NCBI GenBank assembly: GCA_009692045.1
Contig: SIAA01000007.1
Coordinates: 3,202 to 67,201, forward strand
Reading direction: 5' to 3'
From: Phycisphaerales bacterium
GTDB taxonomy: Bacteria; Planctomycetota; Phycisphaerae; Phycisphaerales; SM1A02
DNA: 64,000 nucleotides
This document shows positions 1 through 10,064 of the stretch, piece after piece. The notes below the pieces were generated by a model. The model was not told the origin of the DNA and made no database searches. It saw only the letters and a program-made list of their open reading frames with translations. The position numbers were made by a program, and so were the translations under genes. Every line of letters starts with the position of its first letter. The first letter of the stretch is position 1.

Positions 1-2
1 CC

Positions 3-1331
3 AAGTTCTCCACCGAGATGCTGGCCGAGCGAAAGGCGAGTGGCGCCGAGGACGAAGCTCGAAAGGTGCTTGCTCAGGTATTCGAGGCAGCGAACTCATG
101 GACTGCCGAGAAGTCCAAGTTGCGCACCACGGTGGTCGACGGCATTCAGGTCGTCCTGACTGACGACCAACGGTCCCAGTGGCCCGCCTTTGAGAGATAC
201 CTGCGTCGCGAGAAGAATCTTGCCAATGCCACCCTGTCGGGCGAAGGGGTCAATCTCATCTTCAGCATCGACGAAGCTGGTCTGCCTCAGGATCAGATTG
301 CCAAGGTTGATCCTCTGCTCAACGACTACGAGATGCAGCTGGATAACGCCATCATGGCGCGGGACCAGTACCTAGAACAGGCTGAACCCAAGCTATATAA
401 GGCCCTTCTCGACAGCAATCGCACCAGTGCCGAGCAGGTCGTGAAGCGCCAAGTGGAAGTGCGGCGCAACCTACGCGATATCAACGACCAGTTCCGAGTT
501 GCGATTCTGGGCGTGCTCGCTCCAGAGTCGGCCGCCAAGTTTGAGACCGCTTCTCTGACGGCTGGTTATAGCCGCGTGTATCGGCCTACATTCACTCAGC
601 GAACCCTGACGGAGGCACTCGAGATTGAGGGGCTCGACTCCAAGGTTATCGAGGCCATAGAGGCGTTGCAGGCGCAATACCTTGTTGAACTGAGTAGCTT
701 GAATGGTCGAATCACCAATGCCATTCGCAAGCAAGAGCCGGAGGATCGCATCGCCGAGAGCATGCGATCGGTTGACATGCTCACGGGTGGGGCCACACCA
801 GCGATGTTCATGGGTCGGGGCGGATTCGGCGGCGGTGGCGGAGGCAACACTGGGGCACCTGCGGATGAAGTGCGTGAGATGTTTGCAACGCGCGTCGACC
901 TGGGCAACAAGTTCCTCGAGCAACTACACGCACTCCTGACCCCCGAGCAAATCGCACTGCTGCCTGAAGGCGAAGAGCGTCGCTCCGGCGGGCAAGGCGG
1001 TGGTCAAACGGCCTTTGGTGGCGGCGGTGGTGCAGGTGGCGGCGGCGGAATGTTCGGTGGTGGCGGCCCGACCCGCATCGCTGACATGCCCGAGGGTATG
1101 CAGGAGCGCATGAAGGTCTATGACAAGAACAGCGATGGAACTCTGGACGACGCAGAGCGGCAGGAGGCGTTTGCGGCATTCCGAGGTCAGATGGAGCAGC
1201 GCGGTGGCCAAGGAGGTCGTCGTGGCCAAGGTGGTGATGGTGGCCAGGGCGGTCGTGGTGGTGATGGCAGTCCGAGCGGCCAGGGCGGCCAGGGCGGTCG
1301 TGGCGGGCAAGGCCAGCCACCTCAGAACTGA
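3..1331 (+). CDS. Helical protein with LTxxQ-like motifs, one canonical EF-hand loop and a Gly/Arg/Gln-rich tail; 5' end probably lies outside the window
   Basis: The frame is open from nt 3 with no upstream stop; the first ATG is at 18. LTDDQRSQW and LTPEQIALL resemble the LTXXQ motif of the CpxP/Spy family. DKNSDGTLDDAE (nt 1122-1157) fits the 12-residue EF-hand loop. The tail has GGFGGGGGGN, GGGGGAGGGGGMFGGGG and repeated GGQGGRGG. Confidence 0.6.
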   Translation, partial: KFSTEMLAERKASGAEDEARKVLAQVFEAANSWTAEKSKLRTTVVDGIQVVLTDDQRSQWPAFERYLRREKNLANATLSGEGVNLIFSIDEAGLPQDQIAKVDPLLNDYEMQLDNAIMARDQYLEQAEPKLYKALLDSNRTSAEQVVKRQVEVRRNLRDINDQFRVAILGVLAPESAAKFETASLTAGYSRVYRPTFTQRTLTEALEIEGLDSKVIEAIEALQAQYLVELSSLNGRITNAIRKQEPEDRIAESMRSVDMLTGGATPAMFMGRGGFGGGGGGNTGAPADEVREMFATRVDLGNKFLEQLHALLTPEQIALLPEGEERRSGGQGGGQTAFGGGGGAGGGGGMFGGGGPTRIADMPEGMQERMKVYDKNSDGTLDDAERQEAFAAFRGQMEQRGGQGGRRGQGGDGGQGGRGGDGSPSGQGGQGGRGGQGQPPQN

Positions 1332-1362
1332 CTCGTTTACTAATATCCCCGCGAGACATCGC

Positions 1363-2229
1363 GTGGACAAGTCACTAGAGATCATCCAGTCCCGGCTCGA
1401 CCGACAGGTCGCACCGGGACTTTCTTTATCGAACTGCTTGCCTGATGGGTTGGTCGCAGTCTCGATTCTTCGTGACCTGCGCGCGCTTCTGTATCCCGGA
1501 TACTTCGGCGAGGCGCCTCATCTAATGCATCTTCGGGAGGCGCTCGCGACTCAGTGCGAGGCTGGGTTCAGCAGCCCGCACGAGCGGGAGACTCGCGGTC
1601 AAGACATTGCCGGAGCAGACGCAAAAGTTGCGGCGGCGGCAGCGGCGAATGCGTTTGTGCTGGGATTGCCAGAGATAAAGCGGCTGTTGTCTATCGATGT
1701 GGCAGCCGCCTATGCGCGTGATCCTGCCAGCAGATCAGTAGATGAAGTGATCCTGTGCTACCCCGGGGTTCTAGCCCTTACCGTGCACCGGTTGGCAAAT
1801 CTACTGTGGCGCGAGGGCGTCCCCATTCTGCCCCGTATGTGGAATCAGTGGGCGCTGCGCGAGACAGGGATCGACATTCATCCGGGCGCGACCATCGGAG
1901 AGGGCTTCTTTGTTGATCATGGAACTGGCGTGGTGATTGGCGAGACCACTCTGATCGGGCGCAACTGCACCGTGTATCAGGGCGTGACGCTGGGAGCCGC
2001 ACGAATCGAGCACGATGCACACGGCAAGGTGATACGGGGCAGCAAGCGGCATCCAACACTGGAAGACTCGGTGACGGTGTATGCCAACGCCACCGTGCTG
2101 GGCGGGGCTACCGTGATCGGAGCAGGATGCATCATCAACGGTGGATTGTTTGTTACCGAAAGCGTGCCACCAGGCCACATTGTCCGCGGCCCCACGCCTG
2201 AACTCATACTGAAGAGCCGGTCGAGTTAG
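1363..2229 (+). CDS. cysE: Serine O-acetyltransferase
   Basis: Hexapeptide-repeat core GIDIHPGATIGEGFFVDHGTGVVIGETTLIGRNCTVYQGVTLG. The ORF opens at 1120 but overlaps the upstream gene, so I chose the GTG at 1363 (VDKSLEIIQ), just after the upstream stop at 1331. Confidence 0.88.
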   Translation: MDKSLEIIQSRLDRQVAPGLSLSNCLPDGLVAVSILRDLRALLYPGYFGEAPHLMHLREALATQCEAGFSSPHERETRGQDIAGADAKVAAAAAANAFVLGLPEIKRLLSIDVAAAYARDPASRSVDEVILCYPGVLALTVHRLANLLWREGVPILPRMWNQWALRETGIDIHPGATIGEGFFVDHGTGVVIGETTLIGRNCTVYQGVTLGAARIEHDAHGKVIRGSKRHPTLEDSVTVYANATVLGGATVIGAGCIINGGLFVTESVPPGHIVRGPTPELILKSRSS

Positions 2230-3113
2230 CCATCGAGGGCGAGCAACTGGGCGAACTGATCCGGGCTGAGCTCTTCCGCCCGCATCATCGGGGTGATTCC
2301 TGCTGGGAGTTTGGTCTCTCGCCCCAGTATCGAGCCAATTTGCTTGCGGCGTTGCCCGAACAGTTGATGCAGCAGCGCAGCAAGAGCCCGTGGGTCATGC
2401 GTGGGACGAGGTTGTACCGGTTCGATCGCCACGATGGAACTTGTCACCTCGGGGGCAGGCCAGAAGCAGCTTGGAGGGGCATGGGCAATCAACTCGCTCC
2501 GCGCGAACAGAGCTACCGCGACGCTCAGCGAACCGTACGCTTCCGACTTCGCCCGTGCACCAAGCCGATCTGCGACCTCGCGCTGAATGGTCACATACTG
2601 CCCTAGGCAGTTGGGGTGCTCGGTAGCCAGCAGAATCATCAGGGGAGTCGCGGCACCGTAAGGAAGGTTTGCTACAAGCTTGAAGGGGCGGCCAGCGATG
2701 GCCGCCAGCAGTGCTGGTGCGAGGCAGTGCTTGCCGTCAAGACAGTCTCCGCGGATGAGGGTGAATCCGAGGGCCGCAGCGCGAATCTGCACGGGACTCG
2801 CGCCAAAAACCGTCGGCACCGCCAGCAGCGGCAAGCGTCCATCGGCGTAGAGCGACGCGCGTGAGAGAACGATTTCCGCCATGCCGGAGTCGATCTCGAC
2901 CGCAATGACCACAGCACCTGCCTCCCAGAGTGCTTCGGTCAGAGCGCCGGTACCCGGGCCAACTTCAAGTACGAGGTCACCCGGTTTGATAGCCGCCCGC
3001 ATCACCATCTTGCGAATCAGATTCTGATCATGTAGAAAGTTCTGCCCCAATCGATGCTTGGGGCGAAGTCCTCGGGAGTCCAACAAGCCACAAATCTCAC
3101 TGAGTGTTTGCAC
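2226..3113 (-). CDS. rsmA: 16S rRNA (adenine1518/1519-N6)-dimethyltransferase
   Basis: LGQNFLHDQNLIRKMV followed by the SAM-binding VLEVGPGTGALTEAL, and NLPYGAATPL. Its 3' end converges on cysE with a 4-nt overlap. Confidence 0.9.
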   Translation of the reverse strand: MQTLSEICGLLDSRGLRPKHRLGQNFLHDQNLIRKMVMRAAIKPGDLVLEVGPGTGALTEALWEAGAVVIAVEIDSGMAEIVLSRASLYADGRLPLLAVPTVFGASPVQIRAAALGFTLIRGDCLDGKHCLAPALLAAIAGRPFKLVANLPYGAATPLMILLATEHPNCLGQYVTIQREVADRLGARAKSEAYGSLSVAVALFARSELIAHAPPSCFWPAPEVTSSIVAIEPVQPRPTHDPRALAALLHQLFGQRRKQIGSILGRETKLPAGITPMMRAEELSPDQFAQLLALDG

Positions 3114-3127
3114 CGTGGTTCAGACTT

Positions 3128-3472
3128 CTAGAACCACTCGCGCTTACCGACGACATAGGTGTCGTAAAACTGCTGATCAGTCTTGGTGAGGTAGAGGATT
3201 CCCTCAATCAGGCCAATTATGTGCATTATGGTGGGCATGGCGATGCAGGGCAGCAAAACAAGTGTCCACCCGCAGCAACCTCCGGCGATGGTTCCCAGGA
3301 TGGTTGTTCCCAGCATGATTCCTCCAGCGAGGCTGTAGCCGAGCACCAACTTATGGATCCCCAGCGATCCCAGCAGAATTCCCAGTACACCCGCGGCGAC
3401 CTTCTTACTGCTGACATCAGCGAGTCGTGCTTCGCGCAGTTGCGGTTGTTCGCAGGGTGTCTCTTGGGTCAT
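3128..3472 (-). CDS. Small TM2-domain membrane protein
   Basis: KKVAAGVLGILLGSLGIHKLVLGY resembles the TM2-domain signature (GxxGxHxFYLG). Two or three hydrophobic helices and a GGCCGW segment. Confidence 0.65.
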   Translation of the reverse strand: MTQETPCEQPQLREARLADVSSKKVAAGVLGILLGSLGIHKLVLGYSLAGGIMLGTTILGTIAGGCCGWTLVLLPCIAMPTIMHIIGLIEGILYLTKTDQQFYDTYVVGKREWF

Positions 3473-3493
3473 GGTGTACCTAGCGGTGCAATG

Positions 3494-5125
3494 CTAGCGG
3501 GCAGTCGCCTCGGCACGAACCTCGCGCAACACCGTCACCTTTATCTCGCCGGGGAAAGTCATTTCCGCCTCCACTCTCTTGGCGATGTCGCGCGCGAGTG
3601 TGAACGCCATAGCGTCATCAGTGTTCGTGGCGTCGAGAATCACGCGCACTTCTCGGCCAGCCTGGATGGCGTAAGCCTCTTGAACTGCAGGCTGCTCCTT
3701 GGCAATGGCCTCCAACTGCTGAAGTCGTTTCACATACAAATCCATCGACTCTCGCCGAGCTCCCGGGCGGGCACCACTGACCGCGTCAGCCGCCATCACG
3801 ATGGGCGTATAGGGCGTAGTTGCGGGGATGTCGGAATGATGTCCGGCGATGGCGTTGAGCACGGGCTCACTCTTCTCGCCGTGTCGGCGCGCAAACTCCA
3901 TGCCGATGGCTGGATGTGGTCCCTCCACCTCGTGATCGAGCGCTTTGCCGATGTCGTGCAGGAATCCGCAGCGGCGAGCGATGGCGCCATCGAGCCCAAG
4001 CTGATCAGCAATCACCTGAGACAGGTAGGCAACTTCGACAGAGTGCCGCAGGATGTTCTGGCCATAGCTGGTGCGATAGTGGAGTCGCCCCATGGCCTCA
4101 ATGAGTTTGGGGTGAAGCCCGCGCACATTGGCCTCAAGCGCCGCTTCGTTGCCCTTCTCAATGATCGTCTCCTGAATGTCCTGCTTGACTTGTTGCACCA
4201 CTTCCTCGATGCGGGAGGGATGCACTCTGCCATCGGCGACCAGCCGCTGCAGAACTTCAGCTGCGATCGCCTGTCTTACACGATCGAAGCACGAGACCGC
4301 GATCACGCCCGGCGTGTCATCGATGAGAATGTCGGCGCCCGTAGCTTTCTCGATGGCGCGGATGTTTCGCCCTTCGCGCCCGATGATTCGTCCCTTCACC
4401 TCATCATTGGGGATCTTCACGGTGCGCACCGTGCTCTCCGCCACATTGTCGGAGGCGTAGCGCTGGATCGCCATCAGGGTGAACTCGCGGCCGCGTTCCC
4501 GCGCCGAGGCTTCGGCAGACTCGATGATGCGCTGGGACAGTTCTGCCGCCTCATGCTCCGAGTTGGCACGCACCTCTGCCAGCAGGGTGGCGCGTGCCTG
4601 TGCCTCATCCATGCGCGCGATCTGCTCGAGGCGGGCGCGCACCCCCGCCTGTTCCGCCTGCAATCGAGTCCGAGTCTGCTCGGCTTCTGCCAGAGCCTGC
4701 TGCACAACTGTGTCGCGCGCTTCGAGCCTCTGCTCCTGCTTGGTGAGCCGTTCAAAGCGAGTGTCGAGAGTTGCCTGTGACTTGGCGATGCTTTGCTGAC
4801 TCTCGTGAATGCCACCGAGGGCCTTGGAGACCTCGCTGTCGACAGCCTTGCGGCGCTCGGCGATGCCTCGTTCTGCCTGTAACTCCAGTTCGCGAACGCG
4901 AACCGTCACCTGGGCGATGGCGGCCTGCTCGAACTGTGCTGCCTCCTTCCGTGCTCGCTTGAGCGAACGGCCGGTAGCAAAAGAAACTGCATAGAGCCCC
5001 ACCAGCACGCCGGCAATCAGAGCCGCCAGTATGAGCAGCCCTTCTGCGATCGTTAGCTCAATCAATGACTCTGAGACCTGAGTTTCCAAGGGCATGCGAA
5101 CCTCCGAGGTAAAGCGGTGGCGCAT
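3494..5125 (-). CDS. rny: Ribonuclease Y
   Basis: N-terminal membrane anchor, a long coiled coil, a KH domain (GRIIGREGRNIRAIEKATG) and an HD domain (LRHSVEVAYL...GFLHDIGKA). An alternative start at MPLETQ (5095) is possible. Confidence 0.92.
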   Translation of the reverse strand: MRHRFTSEVRMPLETQVSESLIELTIAEGLLILAALIAGVLVGLYAVSFATGRSLKRARKEAAQFEQAAIAQVTVRVRELELQAERGIAERRKAVDSEVSKALGGIHESQQSIAKSQATLDTRFERLTKQEQRLEARDTVVQQALAEAEQTRTRLQAEQAGVRARLEQIARMDEAQARATLLAEVRANSEHEAAELSQRIIESAEASARERGREFTLMAIQRYASDNVAESTVRTVKIPNDEVKGRIIGREGRNIRAIEKATGADILIDDTPGVIAVSCFDRVRQAIAAEVLQRLVADGRVHPSRIEEVVQQVKQDIQETIIEKGNEAALEANVRGLHPKLIEAMGRLHYRTSYGQNILRHSVEVAYLSQVIADQLGLDGAIARRCGFLHDIGKALDHEVEGPHPAIGMEFARRHGEKSEPVLNAIAGHHSDIPATTPYTPIVMAADAVSGARPGARRESMDLYVKRLQQLEAIAKEQPAVQEAYAIQAGREVRVILDATNTDDAMAFTLARDIAKRVEAEMTFPGEIKVTVLREVRAEATAR

Positions 5126-5333
5126 GGGAGCTGACCAGATTCAACGATTTGTTCGATACGCCGAAAGTTACGGAAGCAAAGTTGGATCTATATTCAAGGC
5201 ATCCTGCCTTGGGGCGGTTCGTTGTCCCGCCGCTGATCGGTCAGCCACCCGAAGCGAGTTGCCGCGAATGGGCCGTTACGAAGTCGGGGAGCACACGCTC
5301 CCGTATTGATAAGTATTCGACAATCGGAGGCGC

Positions 5334-7190
5334 TTGTCAACGAGCTCGGCGCCAAGCCGCTCCCGTAGACTGCCCCTCATGGCAGCCGTGGTCGACAAGG
5401 TTCTTAGGCTTATCCCTACGAATCCCATCGTTTTGCGGCTGATGTGGGCGGGAGGCCGCCGCCGACGGGACCTTTCCATCCGCTCCATTTATTTGGCTCT
5501 AATGATCCTGGTTCTGGTGTTTTCGCTAGTTGGGGGAAGTGGCGACTCCGTCCGTGACATCGCCCGCCAAGGGGCCAACGCCTTCGAAGTGATCAGTTAT
5601 GGCCAGATTGCTCTGATCGTGCTCGTGACACCACTCTTTATGGCTGGCGCGATCGCCCAGGAGTCGGATCCCAAGACCTGGGAGATTCTCCTGGCAACTC
5701 CGCTTTCCTCCATCCAGATTGTGCTGGGCGGGCTCTTCGGCAGACTGTCATTCGTGTTGGCGCTCCTTCTCTCCACACTGCCATTGTTTGCCGTCACCCA
5801 ACTGTTCGGTGGCGTGCCGGGACGAGCCATCCTTGCCAGTTACGGAATCGCCGCCCTAAGCGCTCTGCTGGTGGGGGTGATCGCCATCACGCTTTGCGTG
5901 ACCCGAACCGCGGGTAAGCGGGCGGTGATGACCTTTTACTCCAGCGTTGTCCTCTTTGTCTTTGCGACAGCCGCTGCCGATAGTCAGCTTCGTGAGCCAG
6001 TTGCCGTGGGAAGCGCGGCAGTGTGGACCACCGCGATGACGCCGCTCAATCCATTCCTGACACTTGAGGCGCTGCTGTCACCAAGCAACTATGTGACCCC
6101 GGATGTGGTCGCTGAGAGTCGTGGCCTGATCGCGTCAGCATGGTTTGGCGATCCCGTGGGGACGCAGGCCTGGCTCTTCTCGCTCGCCAGTGTGGGCTTG
6201 ATTTTGTGGGCCACCATCAGTGTGCGCCGGGCAGCGGGACGGTCAGCCAGCGCCCCGCGGCAGTCGAGCGCCATCATCAGGCGAGCACCAGACACAGTCG
6301 GCACCAATCCCATCGCGTGGCGCGAACTGCATCAGCGGCGACTCTCGATCAAAGGGGTGATTGCGCGCTGGACCTTTGTTGGCCTCGGCCTAGCGCTGGC
6401 ACTCTTGCCAATCATCATTCATCGAGTTGCCAGCGCGCCCCAGCAACTATTTCGAGTATCTCTGCTGGCGATTCTGTGCGCGGAAATTGTGATCATCACT
6501 CTGGTCGCACTCAACACGGCGGGAACAGCCGTCAGTCACGAGCGCGAAAATGGGAATCTCGACATCTTGCTGACCACCCCCATTCAACCAGGTCAGTACC
6601 TGGCGGGGAAGCTGCAGGGGCTGGTGCGCTATCTGCTGCCGCTGATCTTCGTGCCGGTGTTCACGCTCGCGGTTGCGTCTGTTTATGTGATGACAGGAGC
6701 ATTCGGAAACGAAGCATCCATCGTAGTGGTCGAGTCGGTGGGAGTTACGGCGGTGTCGGTTCCCATGGTGTTGCCGATGGGGGCATTGGCATTGCCTCTA
6801 TCGCTGCTGCCATTCACCGCTGTGTGCGTCATGATCGGGCTCAACTGGTCGATTCGCAGCAAGGGAACCATTACCAGTGTTGTCCTCTCGGTGTTGCAGG
6901 TTGCGATGATCGCCTCACCGCTTGGGTTGTGTCTTGCCGGCATGGGGAGCGGCGTTCCCTATGTTGGAGCCGCGCTGAATGCCTTGGTGCCGATCAACAT
7001 CGTGTTAGCTGCGGTCCAACCGAGCGCCGTACTCTCGGGCACGCTGGACGATCCTGCAGGCGCTCAGTGGAGTCTGCTCATCGGTGCCGTCGCCGCAGCG
7101 ATCTGCTACTGCGCCATCGTGTATGCCATGCACGCCCAAATGAAGAACAGTTTCATGGTGACAGTGCGCCGCCTCGCCGGCACGAACTGA
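5334..7190 (+). CDS. Polytopic membrane protein made of two tandem ABC-2-type permease-like halves
   Basis: About 12 predicted hydrophobic helices. An ABC-2-like motif occurs twice: [19 protein letters not shown] and [20 protein letters not shown]. No ATPase gene is adjacent. The start may be the ATG at 5379 (MAAVVDK). Confidence 0.6.
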   Translation: MSTSSAPSRSRRLPLMAAVVDKVLRLIPTNPIVLRLMWAGGRRRRDLSIRSIYLALMILVLVFSLVGGSGDSVRDIARQGANAFEVISYGQIALIVLVTPLFMAGAIAQESDPKTWEILLATPLSSIQIVLGGLFGRLSFVLALLLSTLPLFAVTQLFGGVPGRAILASYGIAALSALLVGVIAITLCVTRTAGKRAVMTFYSSVVLFVFATAAADSQLREPVAVGSAAVWTTAMTPLNPFLTLEALLSPSNYVTPDVVAESRGLIASAWFGDPVGTQAWLFSLASVGLILWATISVRRAAGRSASAPRQSSAIIRRAPDTVGTNPIAWRELHQRRLSIKGVIARWTFVGLGLALALLPIIIHRVASAPQQLFRVSLLAILCAEIVIITLVALNTAGTAVSHERENGNLDILLTTPIQPGQYLAGKLQGLVRYLLPLIFVPVFTLAVASVYVMTGAFGNEASIVVVESVGVTAVSVPMVLPMGALALPLSLLPFTAVCVMIGLNWSIRSKGTITSVVLSVLQVAMIASPLGLCLAGMGSGVPYVGAALNALVPINIVLAAVQPSAVLSGTLDDPAGAQWSLLIGAVAAAICYCAIVYAMHAQMKNSFMVTVRRLAGTN

Positions 7191-7249
7191 AGACGGCAAC
7201 TAGAATCAACCCTCTTGCAGCCGATTGCGCCTTTTTACAGGAGAAGCCC

Positions 7250-9994
7250 ATGGCAGACAGCACTGATCCGTTCCAGGCGCTTGCGACTATCGATACACCG
7301 CTGGGGAAGCGGCGGTGCGTGCGGCTGTCCGCTCTGGGTTCGGTCGGTGCGGTGGAGTCGCTGCCATACTCCATTCGAGTTCTGCTGGAATCGGTAGTTC
7401 GCAATCTGGATGGTCGCGTCTACACCAAGGAGCATGTTGAGGCACTGTGTCGTTATGACGCACTAAACACCGGCGAGATAGAGATCCCCTTCATGCCCGG
7501 TCGGGTGGTTCTGCAGGACTTCACAGGCGTGCCATGTGTCGTTGACCTTGCAGCGATGCGCGGCGCCATGCAGCGCATGGGTGGTGATCCTGCTCGGGTG
7601 AATCCCCTGGTGCAGTGCGACCTGGTGATCGACCACTCTGTTCAGGTTGATGTCTTCAACTCCGCAACGGCGCTCACGGTAAATGGCCAGCGCGAGTTCG
7701 AGCGCAACAGCGAGCGATATGAGTTCCTCAAGTGGGGGCAGGGTGCCTTCCGGAACTTCAGCGTGATTCCACCAGCGACCGGCATCGTCCATCAGGTGAA
7801 TCTGGAGTACCTGGCCAAGGTGGTATGGGATCGAGATGGGCAACTGTTTCCAGATTCACTGGTGGGCACTGACAGTCACACCACGATGATCAACGGTCTA
7901 GGAGTACTCGGATGGGGCGTGGGCGGCATCGAGGCCGAGGCGGTCATGTTGGGACAGCCCGTCTACATGCTGATACCCGAAGTGATTGGCGTGCGCCTAT
8001 CTGGCTCACTACCCGAGGGCACCACTGCGACCGACTTGGTATTGCGCGTGACCGAGATGCTCAGGCAGCATGGAGTAGTGGGAAAGTTTGTGGAGTTCTT
8101 CGGCCCCGGACTGGCAAACATGCCTCTGGCGAATCGAGCAACGATCGCCAACATGGCTCCGGAGTACGGCGCCACTGTGGGATTCTTTCCAGTGGATGAG
8201 CAGACGCTCGCTTACTTGCGCCTCACCGGGCGCAGCGAAGCTCTGGTGCAGACCGTGGAGATGTACTGCAAATCCTGCGGCTTCTGGCGGAACGAGGAGG
8301 ATGCAATCGTTTACTCGAACACGGTCAACCTCGACCTCGCCACCATCGAGCCGTCTCTGGCGGGGCCATCGCGCCCTCAAGACCGCGTTCCGCTGCGACA
8401 GATGAAGGCCTCATGGCAGCGGGACTTGGTCAATGTATTTGGCAAGGGACCATCGGTTGAGCCGGCATCAAGTATCGGTCATTCGTCATTGAGCGTCGGC
8501 GGGTGTAGTGGTGATGCCCCGCCCGCGAACGCCAGTGGAGTTCCCGTGCGTGATGCCGATGGCAATGAGTTCACGCTGGAACACGGATCGGTTGTGATCA
8601 GCGCCCTCACCAGTTGCACAAACACCAGCAATCCGGGGGTCATGATCGGTGCCGGACTTCTGGCCAAGAAGGCGCGGGCCTATGGACTGGAGCGAAAACC
8701 CTGGGTCAAGACAAGTCTTGCGCCCGGTTCCAAGGTCGTAACCGACTATCTGGCGGCAGCGGGTCTCACCAAACCTCTGGAAGAGCTGGGATTCTTCACG
8801 GTCGGCTACGGTTGCACTACTTGCATCGGCAACTCGGGCCCGCTGTCAGAATCGATCAGCGCCGCGATTGCAACGGGGGACTTGGCTGTGGCCAGCGTGC
8901 TGTCGGGAAATCGCAACTTCGAGGCACGGGTACATCAGGATGTGAAAGCCAACTATCTCGCCAGCCCCGCCCTCTGTGTGGCTTACGCGATCGCGGGAAC
9001 TGTCGACATCGACTTCAGCACGGAGCCACTGGGAATTGATCGCGATGGTCGTACTGTTTACTTGCGCGATGTCTGGCCGAGCGAGAAGGAAATCCAGCAG
9101 ACAGTCACTCGCAGTGTGAAGCGCGAGCAGTTCGAGAGGGAGTACCGAGTTGTCTGCGACGGCTCGGATGAGTGGCGCGCCATCAAGGTGTCACATGGTC
9201 AGATGTATGAGTGGAACGACAGCAGTACCTATATTCAGAACCCCCCATTCTTTGAGGGAATGACGCTGAACAAACCGGCGCCAGCTCCCGCGATTCGCGA
9301 GGCGCGATGCCTAGCCAAGTTGGGAGACTCAGTCACCACCGATCACATTTCCCCAGCAGGAAGCATCAGGACGGAGTCTCCTGCAGGGCGCTACCTCACC
9401 GAGCAAGGGGTTCCGGTCTCGGCCTTCAACAGTTATGGTTCTCGCCGCGGCAACGATCGAGTGATGACGCGGGGAACATTTGCCAACCCGCGCATCAGGA
9501 ATGAACTGGTGCCCGCCACAACTGGTGGAGTCACCCTCGACTTCACCGATGGTCAGGTGCGCCCCATTTATGAAGCAGCGATGAACTATCGCAAGGCAGG
9601 AACCGCGCTGGTGATTCTGGCGGGTAAGGACTATGGCATGGGGTCATCGCGTGACTGGGCCGCCAAGGGCACGCTCCTGCTTGGGGTGCGCGCGGTGATC
9701 GCGGAGAGCTTTGAACGGATCCACCGATCAAACTTGGTGGGGATGGGTGTTCTGCCTCTCACATTTGTCGGCGGGGCAACGCGAAACTCCCTGGGCCTGA
9801 AGGGCGATGAACTGTTTGCCATTGATGTGCCCGTTTCCCTGCAGGCGCGACAAAAGTTGCAGGTGAAGGCGACCACTCCCTCGGGGTCTTCGATTTCCTT
9901 TGAAGTGACCTGCCGTATAGATACGCCGGTGGAAGTCGACTATTACCGTAACGGCGGGATTCTCCAGACTGTCCTACGCAACATGGCGAAGTGA
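7250..9994 (+). CDS. acnA: Aconitate hydratase A
   Basis: MADSTDPF start preceded by AGGAG. Aconitase motifs: [64 protein letters not shown] and the swivel domain [17 protein letters not shown]. The ATG at 7250 is in frame with the longer 6140 ORF. Confidence 0.95.
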   Translation: MADSTDPFQALATIDTPLGKRRCVRLSALGSVGAVESLPYSIRVLLESVVRNLDGRVYTKEHVEALCRYDALNTGEIEIPFMPGRVVLQDFTGVPCVVDLAAMRGAMQRMGGDPARVNPLVQCDLVIDHSVQVDVFNSATALTVNGQREFERNSERYEFLKWGQGAFRNFSVIPPATGIVHQVNLEYLAKVVWDRDGQLFPDSLVGTDSHTTMINGLGVLGWGVGGIEAEAVMLGQPVYMLIPEVIGVRLSGSLPEGTTATDLVLRVTEMLRQHGVVGKFVEFFGPGLANMPLANRATIANMAPEYGATVGFFPVDEQTLAYLRLTGRSEALVQTVEMYCKSCGFWRNEEDAIVYSNTVNLDLATIEPSLAGPSRPQDRVPLRQMKASWQRDLVNVFGKGPSVEPASSIGHSSLSVGGCSGDAPPANASGVPVRDADGNEFTLEHGSVVISALTSCTNTSNPGVMIGAGLLAKKARAYGLERKPWVKTSLAPGSKVVTDYLAAAGLTKPLEELGFFTVGYGCTTCIGNSGPLSESISAAIATGDLAVASVLSGNRNFEARVHQDVKANYLASPALCVAYAIAGTVDIDFSTEPLGIDRDGRTVYLRDVWPSEKEIQQTVTRSVKREQFEREYRVVCDGSDEWRAIKVSHGQMYEWNDSSTYIQNPPFFEGMTLNKPAPAPAIREARCLAKLGDSVTTDHISPAGSIRTESPAGRYLTEQGVPVSAFNSYGSRRGNDRVMTRGTFANPRIRNELVPATTGGVTLDFTDGQVRPIYEAAMNYRKAGTALVILAGKDYGMGSSRDWAAKGTLLLGVRAVIAESFERIHRSNLVGMGVLPLTFVGGATRNSLGLKGDELFAIDVPVSLQARQKLQVKATTPSGSSISFEVTCRIDTPVEVDYYRNGGILQTVLRNMAK

Positions 9995-10064
9995 GATGCG
10001 GGCTTGGGGGCGCTTGGGACCCAATCTCGAAATGTTTCCGAATCGTTCGCTACCGTAGATTCGC

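Noticed and set aside
1180-1320. GGN-rich repetitive DNA, also at 50660-50700 and 51255-51290, as possible tandem repeats or CRISPR-like arrays
   Set aside because: The periodicity is 3 nt and the tracts sit in frame inside ORFs, encoding Gly-rich or Pro-rich protein segments. There is no repeat-spacer organisation.
1120-1362. Upstream part of the cysE ORF starting at the ATG at 1120
   Set aside because: It overlaps the Gly-rich tail of the upstream gene in another frame and translates to repetitive VVA/ARA sequence. An in-frame GTG at 1363 lies right after the upstream stop.
3104-4780. 558-codon + strand ORF antisense to the TM2 gene and rny
   Set aside because: Its translation is Arg/Ala/Gly/Leu-rich with no motifs, and it lies entirely opposite a gene with unmistakable RNase Y KH and HD motifs. 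Long stop-free antisense frames are expected in GC-rich coding DNA.
5195-5231. Hairpin pair CAAGGCA-tcc-TGCCTTG and GGCGG-ttcgttgtc-CCGCC that looked superficially like a tRNA T-arm
   Set aside because: The loop is 9 nt, not the 7-nt T-loop consensus, and there is no acceptor or anticodon stem around it. It is most likely part of the divergent promoter/5' UTR region of rny and the permease gene.
6140-7249. 370-codon N-terminal extension of the acnA ORF (ORF 6140-9994)
   Set aside because: The extension overlaps the permease gene in another frame and translates to Arg/Ser/Gly-rich nonsense. Aconitase homology begins at MADSTDPF (ATG at 7250), which has an AGGAG SD.
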